Assembly (NCBI RefSeq): GCF_016433145.1
Contig: NC_058131.1
Span: 285,754,103 to 285,818,102 of the forward strand
Direction: 5' to 3'
DNA: 64,000 bases
Source of the DNA: Gracilinanus agilis
Taxonomy: Eukaryota
The notes beneath the pieces were generated by a model. It had not been told where the DNA came from. It saw only the letters and a program-made list of their open reading frames with translations, and ran no database searches. The position numbers and the translations under genes are program-made. Positions 1 through 16,948 of this stretch are shown here, in pieces; position 1 is the stretch's first letter; every line of letters starts with the position of its first letter.

Positions 1-419
1 TACTGAGCCAGACCAATGATTCTTTCACGGTATTCTTTTGAGTATATGTTATTGTTAATATCATCCTGCTTGTCACACTTTGACGTTTCATGTGAATTTG
101 ACCATTTCCTATGAATTTCAAAAAAGTAGGATAAGAATAAGTCACTATTATATGTCAATAAAGAGATGGGGGAGGGGGGTACAGCTAGGTGGCTCAATAG
201 ATTGAGAGCCAAGCCACAGGAGGTCCTGGGATCAAATGTGGCCTCAAACACTTCCTAGCTATATGACCCTGGTCAAGTCACTTAAACCCCATTGCCTAAC
301 CCTTTTTCTAAGACAGAAGGAGAGAGAGAGAGAGAGGGAGAGGGAGAGAAAAATGGAGATCACAAAAAGTCAGTCTGGTTTTCAGCTAGGACAAGTCGTG
401 CCAGACTAACTTTGTTTCC

Positions 420-1490
420 CTTTTTTGACAGTTATTAAATTAGAGGATCGGGGAAGAATGCCTAGTTTGCTTAGATTTACCAAAGAGTTTGATAAAAGTA
501 ATATTCATGACATTCTTATGAAAAGATGTGGACTAGACAACAGTATCATTAGGTGGATTTGCAAGCTGGTAGAATGGTGGAACTCAATGATTTTCAGAGT
601 TGGAAGGGACCTCAGCAGCAATATACTTCAACCAACTATACCTAAAATAAAGAATTCTCTACAGAGACACTCAGTATGGATCATCCAAACTTTGCTTGGA
701 GATCTCCAGCAAGAGGAAAATATGTAATGCCTCAGGCAATCCATTCTACTTTTAGGCACTTCTAATTATTGGTGAGTTTTTTCCTAGCACCAAACCTAAA
801 TTTGCCACTTTACAATTTCCCATTGCACCTGGTATTGTCCTCTGGATTCAAACAGAACAATTGTAATGTTTCTTCCATGTGACAATCTTATAGGCCTTAA
901 AGAACACTGTCTTGCCCTTCTTGATTCTTTTTTTCCCCAGCTAAGCATCCATACCACTACTTAGAGAATGGTCATTAATGATTCCTTGTCAGCTAGGAAG
1001 GAAAAGCTCTCTAGCAGAGTGTTCCAAATGTCTGTGCCAAACTCCATGTTGCTTGACATTTTTATCCAGTTTGTCAAAGGCAGAGATGGCTTGCTTATCA
1101 AATTTGCAGATAAGCCAAAGCTAGTAAGGAGAATTAATATATTGGATGATGAGAGTCAAGATCCAAAAAGATATTGACAGGCTAGTGCATTGGAGTAAAT
1201 CTAATAGGATGATATTTAATACGGATAAGTATAAGACTTTAGTCTTAGACTTCATTTAAAAAAAAAAACCAACTCTACAAGTATACAGTGGAGGAGACAT
1301 GGTTAGGCAGCATTTGTCTGAAAAAAAGATTTGAGGTCTTTAGTGACTTACAAGCTCAGTGTGAGTCAACAGTGTGATTTTTGCAGTGAAAAAAGCTAAT
1401 GAAATCTTCAGCCAGATTGAGAATGGAAAATAGCACTTTCAGACCTGGAGGTGATAATCCTACTGAACTGTCCTCTTCATACCACATCTA
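420..1490 (+). mobile_element. Ancient L3/CR1 LINE RT fragment with an internal MIR-like insert (~590-900)
   Basis: Degenerate RT motifs: FTKEFDK..HDIL..CGLDNSIIRW and VINDS...LIKFADKPKL. Confidence 0.8.
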
Positions 1491-3437
1491 AAATATTGGG
1501 CTCTATTGAGACACAGTGGATTACCTTGATTGAGGTTCCTTTTCTCTTTTTTTACAAGAGGCCCCTCTTTCATAACTATTAAAGAATGACTTTTAAATTT
1601 TATTTAAGTGGGGGTGGATAGAGATCCTGGGTTCAAATCTGGCCTCAGTTCCTAGCTGTGTGTCTCTGGTCAAGTCACTTAACCCTACTGTCTAACCCTT
1701 ACTGCTCTTCTGCCTTAGAACCAATACTTAGTATTAATTCTAAGATGGAAGGTAAGGGTTGGGTTTTTTTTTTAATAATAAAATTAATTTTATTGGGGCC
1801 TTTTGTTTTTGCACACACTATTTCCTAGTATTCTTCCCTCTTATCATATTGAATCATTCCTTGCCACAAAGGAAAACGGTTAAGGAAAAGGAAAAGTATT
1901 TCTGACAGTGAACATATGTGGTATTTCACAAAGGTTTGTGCAACACTTCATAATTCTTGCTCTAGATCCCCTGTAGCTAATGAGTCCTATAGGAACATTT
2001 CTCAGAACATCTTTCTACTTGGCTAGTTCATCACTAAAACTCAAGACTACCCAGTTTTATTTGTCATATGATCATAGGCTCTACTCATGAAACTGCTGTA
2101 TGGTAGTATACCTTGACCTTTCATTTCCCATGTCTCTTCCTTGCCTAGAGCTAAGGGATTATACTGTTTGCACAAAGCTAAGAAAAGACTAGATTTATTT
2201 TTTTTTGTTTGTTGCTTGTGTGAATTTGAAAAGGAATATGACCCTAATCTTCTTAAGAATAAAAACATTCTCCCCTGCTCTCACTATATAGGAAGTTGTG
2301 GAGAGAATGGAGGCAGTCTCCAGAAGAATTGTCTGAGACTGCTGATTGCATCTTTTTGTCTGAGCCAGAAGAGAAAGAGGGACCCTCTGCCAGGTGTTTC
2401 TCCACACCTTCTTTGTAGCCTCTCTGTGAGATGTAATCTTCACAATCCCTGTGAGCACTAGTTCCTTAGCCATCATTGTGCAATAACAGGAAAATGCAGG
2501 ATAGACTGGAGTTTGGACTAAGCCTGGATGCCCTATCTATCACAAGGTCAGTGCTTAAATGCTCTCGGACCATAGTTTCCTAAGTGATGGCCTAAAGTAA
2601 ACTGAAGGCAATAATAGCATGAGCTTAATTCTGATGTCCTCAGTCACTTTTTGCAAAGGAGTCCTCATTCAGTTGTACTGCCATGATCTTTCAGGACCTC
2701 TTCCTTTCATGTACTTCCAATAATAATTATTTTGATAATTGATATTTTATTTCTTTGGTTAGCACTTGTGATTATATTGCTGTAGGGAATTCCTGTCATG
2801 GATGCTTTCCACTCATGCCAATTGAGATCTCCTCTGTAATTATTGTCTTGGAGATTGTTGAGGTTAAGTGACTTGTTCAGGATCAAAAACTAGGGAAAGT
2901 CAAAGGTGTTGGGATAGGTAGGTAGCACAGTGGAGAGAACACCAGGCCTAGATTCAGAAGGAACTGGGTTCAAATCTGGCCTCAAAAACTTCCTAACTGG
3001 TGGCCCTGGGCAAGCCACTTAATCCCAATTGCTTGGCCCTTGCTGCTCTTCTGTCTTAGAATTGATACTAAAACAGAAGGAAAGAGTTTTTTAAAAGAAA
3101 GAAAATTGGAGATGGGTTTGGACACAGGTCTTCAAAGTCTTAAGTAGATATTTGATGTTTATACTTACTTCTGTCTGTCTATAGAAAGGATTAGAAGACC
3201 ATTTGGATCATAGGATTTGAAGTTGAGATTGGAGAAAGATCATCTACTCCAAACCTCTCGTTTTATAGGTGGGGAAACTGAGTCACATTAAATGACTTGC
3301 ACAAAAGCACCCAGAGAGCAAGCTCTTGGGACTTAGGTCCTCTGGCTATAAGTACATGTTACTTGTCTTTATTCCAAAACTGCCTTCTGGATGTAGAAGA
3401 ACTACTCTGGGGATGGGGATATTAAAAGCAGTTTGAG

Positions 3438-3616
3438 GGGGCAGCTGGGTAGCTCAGTGGATTAAGAGCCAGGCCTAGAGACGGGAGGTCCTAGGTTCAA
3501 ATCCGGCCTCAGACACTTCTCAGCTGTGTGACCCTGGGCAAGTCACTTGACCCCCATTGCCTACCCTTACCAATCTTCCACCTATAAGTCAATACACAGA
3601 AGTTAAGGGTTTAAAA
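3438..3616 (+). mobile_element. Young SINE-1 (Mdo-type)
   Basis: Consensus body, A tail, TSD AAAAGCAGTTTGAG at 3424-3437 and 3617-3630. Confidence 0.92.
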
Positions 3617-4160
3617 AAAAGCAGTTTGAGAGAGGTCATAGGCAATGCAACACAGATGTTTTATATTAATCTGCCATTATCTCATTATTTGTTGGTATTC
3701 AGCTCAGTAAGAGCAAGCTACATATAATAAACACCTAATTCTAGACAGATAATTAAATTTATGTCCATTGGACAGATAAATTGATTGACTAAGATTTGAG
3801 ACTCAACTATTTTATATGAACCAAGTGTTCTCTGGAAAGACCTTGATCAGCTGATAGAACCCCTACAAGAAGAGGCTTCTGTGGTTCATAGGATCCTAAC
3901 TGCTAGTCAGTTAAGAAGCTATGAATAGAAAGTGCAAAAGAAGGAAATGAAGCTAGAACCAAAAGTACATATTCCTGTTCCTGTTGTAGTTAATAGATGC
4001 CCCATGATACTTTATGTTCCAATTTTCCAAAAAAAAAAATTTTTTTTTTTGGTCAAGTCTTTATTGGGTAAGTAGGGAAAGGAGGCAGGATTCAGTTTAG
4101 TCCTTCTTGGCAGCAGCCTTCCTCATGGCAGCTAGAAGTCATAGGAGAGTTTTTCTAGAG

Positions 4161-4327
4161 CAGGGGTCGGCAACCTTTTTGGCCGTGAGAGCCGTACAGT
4201 GCTCACAGTGCATGCTCCTGTAACAGCGCCTGAAAAAAAATTGACTTTATGGCTCCTGCAGAAAGAGCCATATCTGGCCCTCAAAAGAGCCAGGTATGGC
4301 TCGAGAGCCGTATGTTGCTGACCCCTG
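4161..4327. mobile_element. hAT-Charlie MITE, 167 bp
   Basis: TIR CAGGGGTCGGCAAC / GTTGCTGACCCCTG (13/14); 8-bp TSD TTCTAGAG at 4153-4160 and 4328-4335. Confidence 0.92.
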
Positions 4328-4654
4328 TTCTAGAGGAAGAGACAATTAATTAATGGGTGCTACTCCTTCATTATATAATATAAAGATGTTTTTCCATTCT
4401 GAACTGTATGTAAGAAAACTATCCAACCACATGGGATTTACAGAACCAGCCTCCACTTATATAATGGTAAATGAAACTGGAACCTTCAAGCTTCTGTACT
4501 TAATTAATGTTCTAGTTGCAGCGTTGGAGCAAAGGTTTGGAATGGCCTATAAATACTGATGTTGGATAGGCAGTTGAGATTCCTAGATTTTTTTTAATGG
4601 TTCTGTCACTGAGTTTTTGATCCATAGTGATCAAATTAAAATTCTCTGGACTAT

Positions 4655-4895
4655 TTGTTTAGTCATTTCAGTAGGATCTGACTTTGTAATCCCATTTGGG
4701 ATTTTCTTGGCATAGGTATTAGAATGGTTTGCCATTTCCTTCTCCAGCTCATTTTATAGATATGGAAACTGAGGCAAATGGTCATTAGACTTGCCCAGGA
4801 TCACACACAGCTAATAAATTTGTGAGGCTGGATTTGAATACAGGTCTTGTTAGTTCCACCTAGTGCTCTGTGCACTGCCCCACCTAGCTTGGGCT
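4655..4895 (-). mobile_element. MAR1/MIR-type marsupial SINE
   Basis: gccatttccttctccagctcattttatagat..gaaactgaggcaa motif. Confidence 0.65.
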
Positions 4896-5953
4896 ATACT
4901 CTCTGTCATTGTTAAGATAGAAGTTTAAACAAATAACACATATTAAAGTTGAAGAAAATCAGTCAGCATGTAGGCCCAGAATGCCTAATGAAAGCCAAAA
5001 AAACTGTTGCAATGAAATCAACAATCAAATCAAATTAAGTCATATCTTAATAATACTATTAATATTGTTTGTCACAAACTAATGTTAGATTTCACATTTC
5101 ATGGTGAAATGAAAAAAAAAACTGGCCTTGATTATATCAAGACAATGCCCTGGTCCTTTGTAGAACTTAAATCTTTGTACCTAGAAAAAGATGGCTTGGC
5201 TGACCTGCAAAGGCAGCCTTTGGAGAGGAAGTAGTTAAAAGCTGGCAGGGGAGTTTAGAGGAAATTGAATAAACCAGAGACAGCAACAGCTCATGATTAC
5301 CATGAGATTAAACCATTCCTTTCAGACTCTAGGTAAAGACAGCAAACAGTATTGCTGTGACTCTGGACTTTGACTTATTCTCTCTTTCACTCCCAGTTTT
5401 ATTCTAGAAGAAACTGAGCTTGGTGTTTCCGAGATCAATTCTGAAAAGGAAACTGACTAAAAATAGTCGATTGCCAAATTTACCTGTAAGTATAAAATCT
5501 ACCAGGTTGTGGGAAGGGAGCCAAGCCAGCAGGGAGGGGGACTGGTACTTAGGATTGGGGACAGTATGTGTTCTTAGTGTTTCTAAAGAGAAAATAGACC
5601 AGATATATAAGGTCTGTTGACTGAAAAACCCAAGGTGGGGGGTTGGGAGGGATGGATAAGAATATGCAAAATGTCATTCAGTTCCTCTACTTCGGTAAAT
5701 TTTTTTCTAATTTTTTTTCCTTTCTTGAAAAGTTATTTAAGTTTAACACAACTTCCCATGATAGATTTTTCCTTGTAATGAGTAATTAATTAGGCTGATA
5801 AGAGTCCTGGGAGTTTTAGTCCTAAGGTAGAAGGAATGGGATCAAGGCATCCTAACCACCAATCTCAGCTCTGCTGCACTTTCCTACTTTCCTATTGTCT
5901 GACCAAGGAAGGAAGGACTAGGATCATCCTCCACCCTCAACCTCTTAGTGTGG

Positions 5954-6038
5954 AAGGTGTCCCAGAAGTTTTAAAGCAGTTGGAACTGTTCATGTCTTTA
6001 ATGGCTTAAAACTGCACTAAAACGTCTGGGACGCCCAG
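5954..6038. mobile_element. Short palindromic Tc1/mariner MITE
   Basis: aggtgtcccagaag...ctgggacgcccag; same family as 41099/42365. Confidence 0.6.
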
Positions 6039-7976
6039 TATGTATATAAAGATGACATGCTAGGTGTTTGTCTTGTTTGTCTTAGAAGGATGGCTTAAGT
6101 TTTTAGTATATAAATGTGTGACTGGTTGCCTAATAACAGACTTTCCAAATGGTTTTCTCACTTTGTGGCTACATTAAGAAGTTGTATTACTCTTTTTGCA
6201 GACTGGGTACCTAGCAGAAATTTATGTTAAATTGGAATTTATGAAAATGATAGAATTGAGAATGAGAATAATTTATCAAGCCAAGAAAATAATAGAAATA
6301 TATAGAGGAGGGAAAAGAGAATATTTCTGATGAGTTAATGTATTTGTTCCTGTTTTTATAGCAGCCCTCTGGCTATATGATACTTCAGCCCCTTAGAGGC
6401 ATAGTAAAACATCCCACAGTAGCAGTGTGAAGTGAGACTGTTCAACTTTTAAAGAATATGTGTCATGTTGTGTCCAACAGCTCTCTAGACTAATGCTGGA
6501 GAATAACAACACTGGTGGCACTCATTTTCTACTCTTTTTTTTTTTTTTTTTTTTTTATATAATGCTACATTGACTTTAGTCCATCTCTTTGATTGGCAAA
6601 GTTCTGTTTGTATGTAGCATCCTAATTTCAGTTCATTTGCTAAGAACAAAATCCCACTTTGGGACCCCTCAGTTAGTTCTTTATGATCTCATTCTTCCTA
6701 TCAGGAACTCTTCTTCCTCCAAATTCTAGCAGCACTTAGGCCTATACCACACATTTGGAACTTAGAATATGCAACCTAGTATTTTTTGGTTATCTTTTTT
6801 TTTTTTTTTAATCTGTTCTTAAGTACATCAAAGCCTTCTTGAGGAAAGAGACTATGTTTCATCCACAAAAATCTAGGAGTAGGAATAAAAGGAAATTTGA
6901 TAGTAATAGTGGTAATGCCAGGTTTTCAAGTCTTTTTAATATAATGTAGCCCCTTAACATGCAAATGAATTGAACATCATTTAAAGTTAACTGAAGTGAA
7001 GCTTTGGTTGTGTTTAATAAATAAGCTCGTGCTGTTCTTTCCTAGATTTAGGAACTTGACCCTTCAGACTTTCTAGCATAAGTTGGAGTTGCATGATATC
7101 AGTGCTCATAATAATGGTGATTGTTCACAGAGAGAATGAGGAGAAAGCCTCACATATAATTCTCATTATATGGGAAGTTTGAAGAATGCTTGAAGAGGAT
7201 ATATCTTTTAGCTACTTGGGGATTCAGAAGTGTTGACCTTTAAACTTCGAGCCATAGTTTCTGTGATAAAGCAGTGTGTCATGTCATGTCATGGGAAAGA
7301 GGCAAATCCTGCAACTCTTAGATAGGGTATGCAGTTGTTCTCGACTTATTTGATTTGGGGAAAAAAAACGGACTGGATTAGCTAGCTCTTTTCTTTCTGT
7401 GCTGCACTTTCTAAAAGCCTTTGAGAATTGATACTGCATTCAGATTCTCATCACTCAGCTTGCCTGGGGCAGCAATAGACCTTTCTCCCAGAAAAAATCA
7501 CTTAAATCTGGAAGTCCAATTTGCAGGAGACATATTGTGATTAAATGCAGGTTTGTCAATTAGAATTAATTCAAACAGTAGCTTTTTAATCACCATCACT
7601 GGTTATTGAAAGAAACTTTAATAGAACAGTTTTAAACTTTGTCACTGAAGTTCACTTGAACACTGTTGGGATAATGAGAAATCGAAAGGTTTTTCTATAT
7701 TTTAATATTTTTCTTCTTTTTAGACAAGGTCTTTTTCTGAAAACTAAAGTGTTAATTCCTTTCTTCAGACATTAGGGACATATCTACCTTAGGAATTAAT
7801 TGGACTTTTTTTTTTTTTAATCTGTGATTCATGAAGTTCATCGTTCTTAGACTGTTAGAGGTATTAGAAAAAGAATTTAAAAGAAGAGTTGAAGAGATAG
7901 TAGATTTATACTTTAACAATCAGAACTCTCTTTCCCAGGAGGATTCTGCTGTTGATTTTCAACCTTTCCTAGGAAG

Positions 7977-11554
<3,578 letters not shown>

Positions 11555-13024
11555 TGTCAGACTTTAGGATGTGACCTTATTTTCCATGATGAGAAGTAGC
11601 TGGAGACTGAGGGAATTGATTTCAAGTCCTCCTATTGTCCCTCCATGGCCCCTTGCCTCCCAACACTTGCATAGACAACAAATCAAGGAGGTTTACCTAC
11701 TAACCTCCAAGCTGGATGGTGCCCTCCCCAAACTGTTGATTTCTCCTCCCAGGCTGAGATCTTCAGTTCTTCACTAATCAAGGTAGCCTTTTGTTCTAAT
11801 GATTTCTTGATCATCATCTTCCCTTTTTTAATCTCTTGTGTTTTTGTTGTTTTTTTTTTTTTTTAATGACAATTTCATGGACATTCGGAGGTCATTTCTG
11901 GGTCCTAGATGGAGACTGTGGGAAACTACACTACCTACCCCATAACACTAGAAAATGTCTCCCAGTTGTTGGTCTAAGTGAGTGGAGGAATAGGGTGTGC
12001 TTTTGCCCAGGTGTGAAGTGATGTGTGGCAATCTGAGGATTTGAAGAAGAATTTAGGAGTTGAATAAAGGCATCTAGCAAAAAGAAGTGTCCCCTTACAT
12101 AGCAACAATCTGGGTCATTAGCTTTTGCTACCATTTACTTTTTTATTGTGATCTCACCAATCACACAAATTGACAATCAACTTAATGATAGTAAATATCT
12201 TCCAATAAAACCATTCATATCTTTTTGTCTTGTTCCCCCTCTATGAAATGAAAATTTTTATCTCCTAGCTTTTCCTCTAAAGTAGCAGTTATTGGGGTAG
12301 AGACCTGAGCACAGGAATCTTCATTCATTTTCCAAGGAAGGCAGAATCAATATAAAGCTGGTCTTCTAAAAGCTCATTCTGCTGCTAGCCCCACCTGAGC
12401 TGTCTATGTTAGGGCTTTAATCAGATTGACTCCAGTCAGCGTACGTCAGATCATTTCTCCTTTTTCTCAGCTAGTAAAATAGCAGTGGTTCTCAGAAGGG
12501 ACCTGAAGATTGAGGTTTCCTCCTCTCCCCTCCTGCAGCTTGTTCTGTCACTAACTGCTGTGAGCACCAATTAGTCCTGGCCAGTAGGGCAATAGATTAA
12601 TATATATAAGCCCAAGGTCTGTCTTTATCCTTAGAGAGTTTTGGAATATGGTCCAATTTTGAGCTGAGACATCCTTTAGCTCCACCTCCACATGACTATC
12701 TTTATTTCTATTTGAGGACTTAATATAGATTGCTTCTTGCCTAAAAGAATGACCATTGTGACAGATCTTTTCCCTGACTTTCTCAAAAGAGGCACATTTA
12801 ACTGTTCATCCTTCCTGTTGAGCTTACTTCACAAAGTCCAAACTACCTCTATAAAGTGAATCCTTCTGAGCTGGCCTAATAAATCCTGTCCTCCTTGGTG
12901 CTTGATATTCTCATTATGTGCTAGGGCAAAAGAGGCAAAGTACAACTGTTCTGGTGGTTTTTAAGCCTGTTCTTCCTAGAAAGTTCTGTACCCCAATGGC
13001 ATGGAAAACAGCAGAGGCAGTGCT

Positions 13025-13190
13025 GGTAGCACTACAGTGGAAAGAGCTGGGGTTTGGGGGTAAACTTGGTTCTTGTCCCAGCTCTGCCATGTACCACTAA
13101 TTTGGTTTTAGGCAAGTCACTAAACCTTCATCTGTAGGTCAGACTAGATGACCTAAGGTCCCTTCCAGCTCTAAATCTATGATCCTATAA
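13025..13190 (+). mobile_element. MIR in SLC31A1 3'UTR
   Basis: ggcaagtcactaaacc core; ggtcccttccagctctaaatctatgat tail. Confidence 0.75.
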
Positions 13191-15240
13191 TCTTAAAATA
13201 CTTAGCAATGAATTGTAACCCAGGCCTGTTCTAGCGTGTGCTTGTAGCTCTTCCAGGTTACTTGGTTCCCAAAATCTTCATTAACTTACTTTGGCTTCAT
13301 TTTCAGTCCAGTCAGCTAATTATAAATGCTAAATAAAGAAAAATTCTCTTTGACAGTTTATATAGTAGATCCAAACAGGTAACTCGAGAAAGGCCAACAA
13401 GTAAGTTATTGATCTTCTTTGGAATTAGCCATATTCTCCTCAGTTCTCTCTACTTAGCATAATAAACTTTATCACCTATTGTAGGTTATTATCCATGCTT
13501 AGCAGCAGAATTAGATGAAAAACAAGATTTTTTTTTATAGGTCTGTCTTGTAAAAATCAGCTCCCTGAAAAATCACATAGAAGTGCCTGTGGCTGGAGAC
13601 TATACCCCCAGCACTCTCTGCCCATCAGCCAGCACCTATTTCTATTCATGGTCCCTTCCATCTCCTTGCAGCTTTAAAAGCCATGGGGGATTGATTATTG
13701 AGGATTGTGAGTTCATGGGATTAAAGTTAGGCTTGAGAGCCAGAGACAATTCGTGCTTTGTAATTATCTCATATTTACATTGCTGGGATTCAAATCAGCT
13801 GAGTTTGTGCCAAGCATGTGATAATAATTTACCAAGGAGACTTCCAGAGTCCAATGCTAAGGATTTAACAGCCAATAATCTGACACTAATGTCAAGGAAT
13901 AATAAAACTATAATAATAATGACGAGAGTGCTGAAATAAGAACCAATGATTTCAGTTTTAGCCCTGTTGCTTTCTAGGAGTTTTGGTGTAGACAGGGCGA
14001 TAAGGGACCAAGTCTAGTAGAGCAAACATTGTATTTAAAGTTCCCAGAGAGAAAACTATTCTCTGGCTTCAGTTTCCTGGTGGAATTTATGCTACCCAGG
14101 ATATAGTGATTTTGTGTGTGGGTGTGTATGTGTGAAAAGTTTGTTATTTTGAAGGAAGGATTCAGCAAGAAATGATTATTGGAATGTCTGCTTTTCCTTC
14201 CCCTCTGTGGATTTGGATTGTGGATAGCCTAGCCCAGTCTTTACTACCCTGTTTCAACCCTTGCTCATTAGTATTCTACACCATTAGCTTCTCCTCCTAA
14301 TTTTGTTTGACTCTTCTCCCTTTCGGTTCCTACCCATTGTTATCCTTGCCCATACAGCTCAGAACGTGTGGAGTATTGATGTGTGGGTCCTCCTACAAGT
14401 ACAGTTCAAACCTGTCCCCTACTATACTTCATCATATTTGCCTCTTGAGTGAGTGGTTAAAAACTGAACACCAGCTGTGGTTCCTAAGAGTTAATGGAGA
14501 CCTCTGGGTATGGATGTTTGAAAAGTTCTGTGCCTGAGTTGGAGTTGAAAACTGAATCACAGCTATGCATCTATATGCATAAATCTTAGCACTAGGCTTT
14601 TTTTTGTAAGTTCCAGGTGTTCCTTCCCCCTCAGAACCTGGTATAGTGCCTTGCACATAATACTAGGACTCCAAATGTTTCTTGAGTGAGTGAATGAATG
14701 AAAGATTAGAATGTTGGTGAGCTGTATGGTATATGCAGAGAGTGGCAAACCCATGGCCATTGTGGAAAGGGAGGTAGCCAGAGGATCCTTAGCCTGATTC
14801 CGCCCATTAGCTTGGAGTTCTTAATGAGTCATTATCAGCTACAGGGATACAGATTAAGGTTTTCTCATTGTGCCTATAGGAGTATTAGGTTCCCTTTCCA
14901 CTTAGAGGTGCTACTGTGGGATTCCTTTTGTCAACCTCCTTATGCTGGAGAGTCACTCATTTTAGGAGCACCTCCAGCTACCAAAGGGCTCCTCACTGAA
15001 TATATGGTCACCTGAAAATGCAACCACTTTTTCTCCCTCCTCTCATTTTGATCTTGTCCTCTCTCATGCTTCCTTCAGTCAGATATATCAACAGGAACAA
15101 AAAAAAATTCTTCATTTTACAAAATGCCTTATTCAGTGTGTCTACATTGTCCATTTTAGATTGTAAGCTCCTCGAGGGCAGTTTTGCTGTTACACAGTAT
15201 TGCTGTAGAGTGCCTAACAGTGCCATGTACAAAAAAACAC

Positions 15241-15246
15241 AATAAA
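15241..15246 (+). terminator. Candidate distal polyA signal of SLC31A1
   Basis: AATAAA followed by a GU-rich element (ttctgtttgtgtgtttt); proximal AATAAA also at 12063, 12204, 12878, 13332, 13461. Confidence 0.55.
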
Positions 15247-15922
15247 TATTTTGATTCTGTTTGTGTGTTTTGGGCCACAGTGTTGTCAAAATTAGCACAT
15301 CCCTTTAGAGTCCATATTTAGTTTTAATGGTTAATGACAATTTCCAACTGTCTATGAACTCTATGGACTTCTAGTAGACATAGTTTTCTATTTTTACCTC
15401 CAATTCTCTTCTTCCTTTACTCAGAATGAAGGCTAGTCTTCTCTGGGGGTGGTACAAGAGAATCAAAATGACCCTTGCACAGAATTCCTTAAACTGTAAA
15501 AAACCTATACCCTGTGCCAGCACTCTTCAACCAATATGCTAATTCTATAGCTCAGCCACATCAGTCAAGAAACCAAATATATTACTCATGTTAACTTCCA
15601 TTTACGGCACATGCATGTACATTTGAGAAAAGCTATTAAATGTCAAGGAGCTTTCCTTAAGCAATTTTCTGCTTATGGCCAGTTCCTGAGCCAAAAACTG
15701 CCTCCACCATAGCAAAGAGTTCCTTAGTCTCTGTTCCCTTCTCCAGACCCCAGTCATTTAAGCAAATGAAAGATAACCACCTGGAAAAAAAAAGGGTGTG
15801 AATTCTTTGCTTTACTATGCAAAGGAGCCATGACAAACCTTGTATCTTTAAGAGATTATCAAAGTTATGACAGAAGTATGATTACATTTTATTCCCCTGA
15901 TGTTTCAAGAAAGTTTAATCTA

Positions 15923-16125
15923 GGGGGCAGCTGGGTAGCTCAGTGGATTGAGAGCCAGGCCTAGAGTCAGGAGGTCCTAGGTTCAAATCTGGCTTCAGAC
16001 ACTTCCCAGCTGTGTGACCCTGGGCAAGTCACTTGACCCCCATTGCCTACCTTTACCACTCTGCTGCCTTGGGACCAATACAAAGTATTGACTCCAAGAT
16101 GGAAGGGTTTTAAAAAAGAAAAAAA
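15923..16125 (+). mobile_element. SINE-1
   Basis: TSD AAAGTTTAATCTA at 15910-15922 and 16126-16138. Confidence 0.9.
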
Positions 16126-16141
16126 AAAGTTTAATCTAAAT

Positions 16142-16329
16142 CAGAGGTATCAAACCCATGGCCCACAACATTTGTGAGTGCAACTTAAATCAGATTAAAA
16201 TGTAATTGAGAAATATTTAACAAAAAAAATACAGTAAAATATGGATAACATTAATATGTGGTCTTCTAAGTAGGGATCCTTATGTGGTTCAGTGGCCTCC
16301 ACTAAACAATGCTAAGTTTAACACCATTG
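16142..16329 (+). mobile_element. Old hAT (MER58-like) MITE, copy 1
   Basis: CAGAGGTATCAAAC ... GTTTAACACCATTG ends; interior is the reverse complement of the copy at 16736. Confidence 0.65.
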
Positions 16330-16735
16330 GCTAGATCATGAGTAAAGGAGGAGGTGGAATCTTTACTTAAGACAATTTATTATGAAAGCCATGAACCACT
16401 CCTCTCCTCTCTTACTTTCTTTCCTTTTGCTATTAAAATATTTCAAATTAAAGAATGAGGAGTGGCAGCAGGATTTTGTTTGTTTTTGCACTAAAAGCTA
16501 GTTAGAAGGGCAAGTTTAAGGACAACTTAATCCCTCTCCCTGCCTTTTTGGCATTATTTCATTTCTAGGAGAAACATTACTTACAAAAGTGAATAATATA
16601 GAACTACCTTGCGTGATAATACATGTATAACCCAGATTGAATTGCTTGTCATCTGACTCATATAATTTTGGAAAACTTATCTGTAATTTGTTATCAAAAT
16701 AAAACAAAGATAAAAACAAAAGAAATATTCTAGAG

Positions 16736-16948
16736 CAGTGGTTTCAAATTCAAATAGAAACGGGAGGGGGGATGTCACTAAACCATACATATAGTCCTGT
16801 GAACTGCACATTGACTTAGTTTTAAAATGTAATATCCCCATTTTATTGTATTTTTATTTTGTTAAATATTTTCCACTCACATTCTAATCTGTTTTAGGCC
16901 TATTTAGGAGTGATGTGATCCACAACCTATGCATTTGACAAACCTGTG
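16736..16948 (-). mobile_element. Old hAT (MER58-like) MITE, copy 2
   Basis: 8-bp TSD TTCTAGAG at 16728-16735 and 16949-16956. Confidence 0.75.

Noticed and set aside
425-1177. 100-aa and 69-aa ORFs
   Set aside because: Decayed CR1/L3 reverse-transcriptase fragments
2141-2476. Overlapping 106/93/73-aa ORFs in SLC31A1 intron 1
   Set aside because: Non-ATG starts, no homology and no supporting splice structure
3438-3520. tRNA-like A/B boxes (gtagctcagtgg...ggttcaaatcc), repeated many times
   Set aside because: Heads of tRNA-derived SINEs, not tRNA genes; dispersed copies, not a CRISPR-like array
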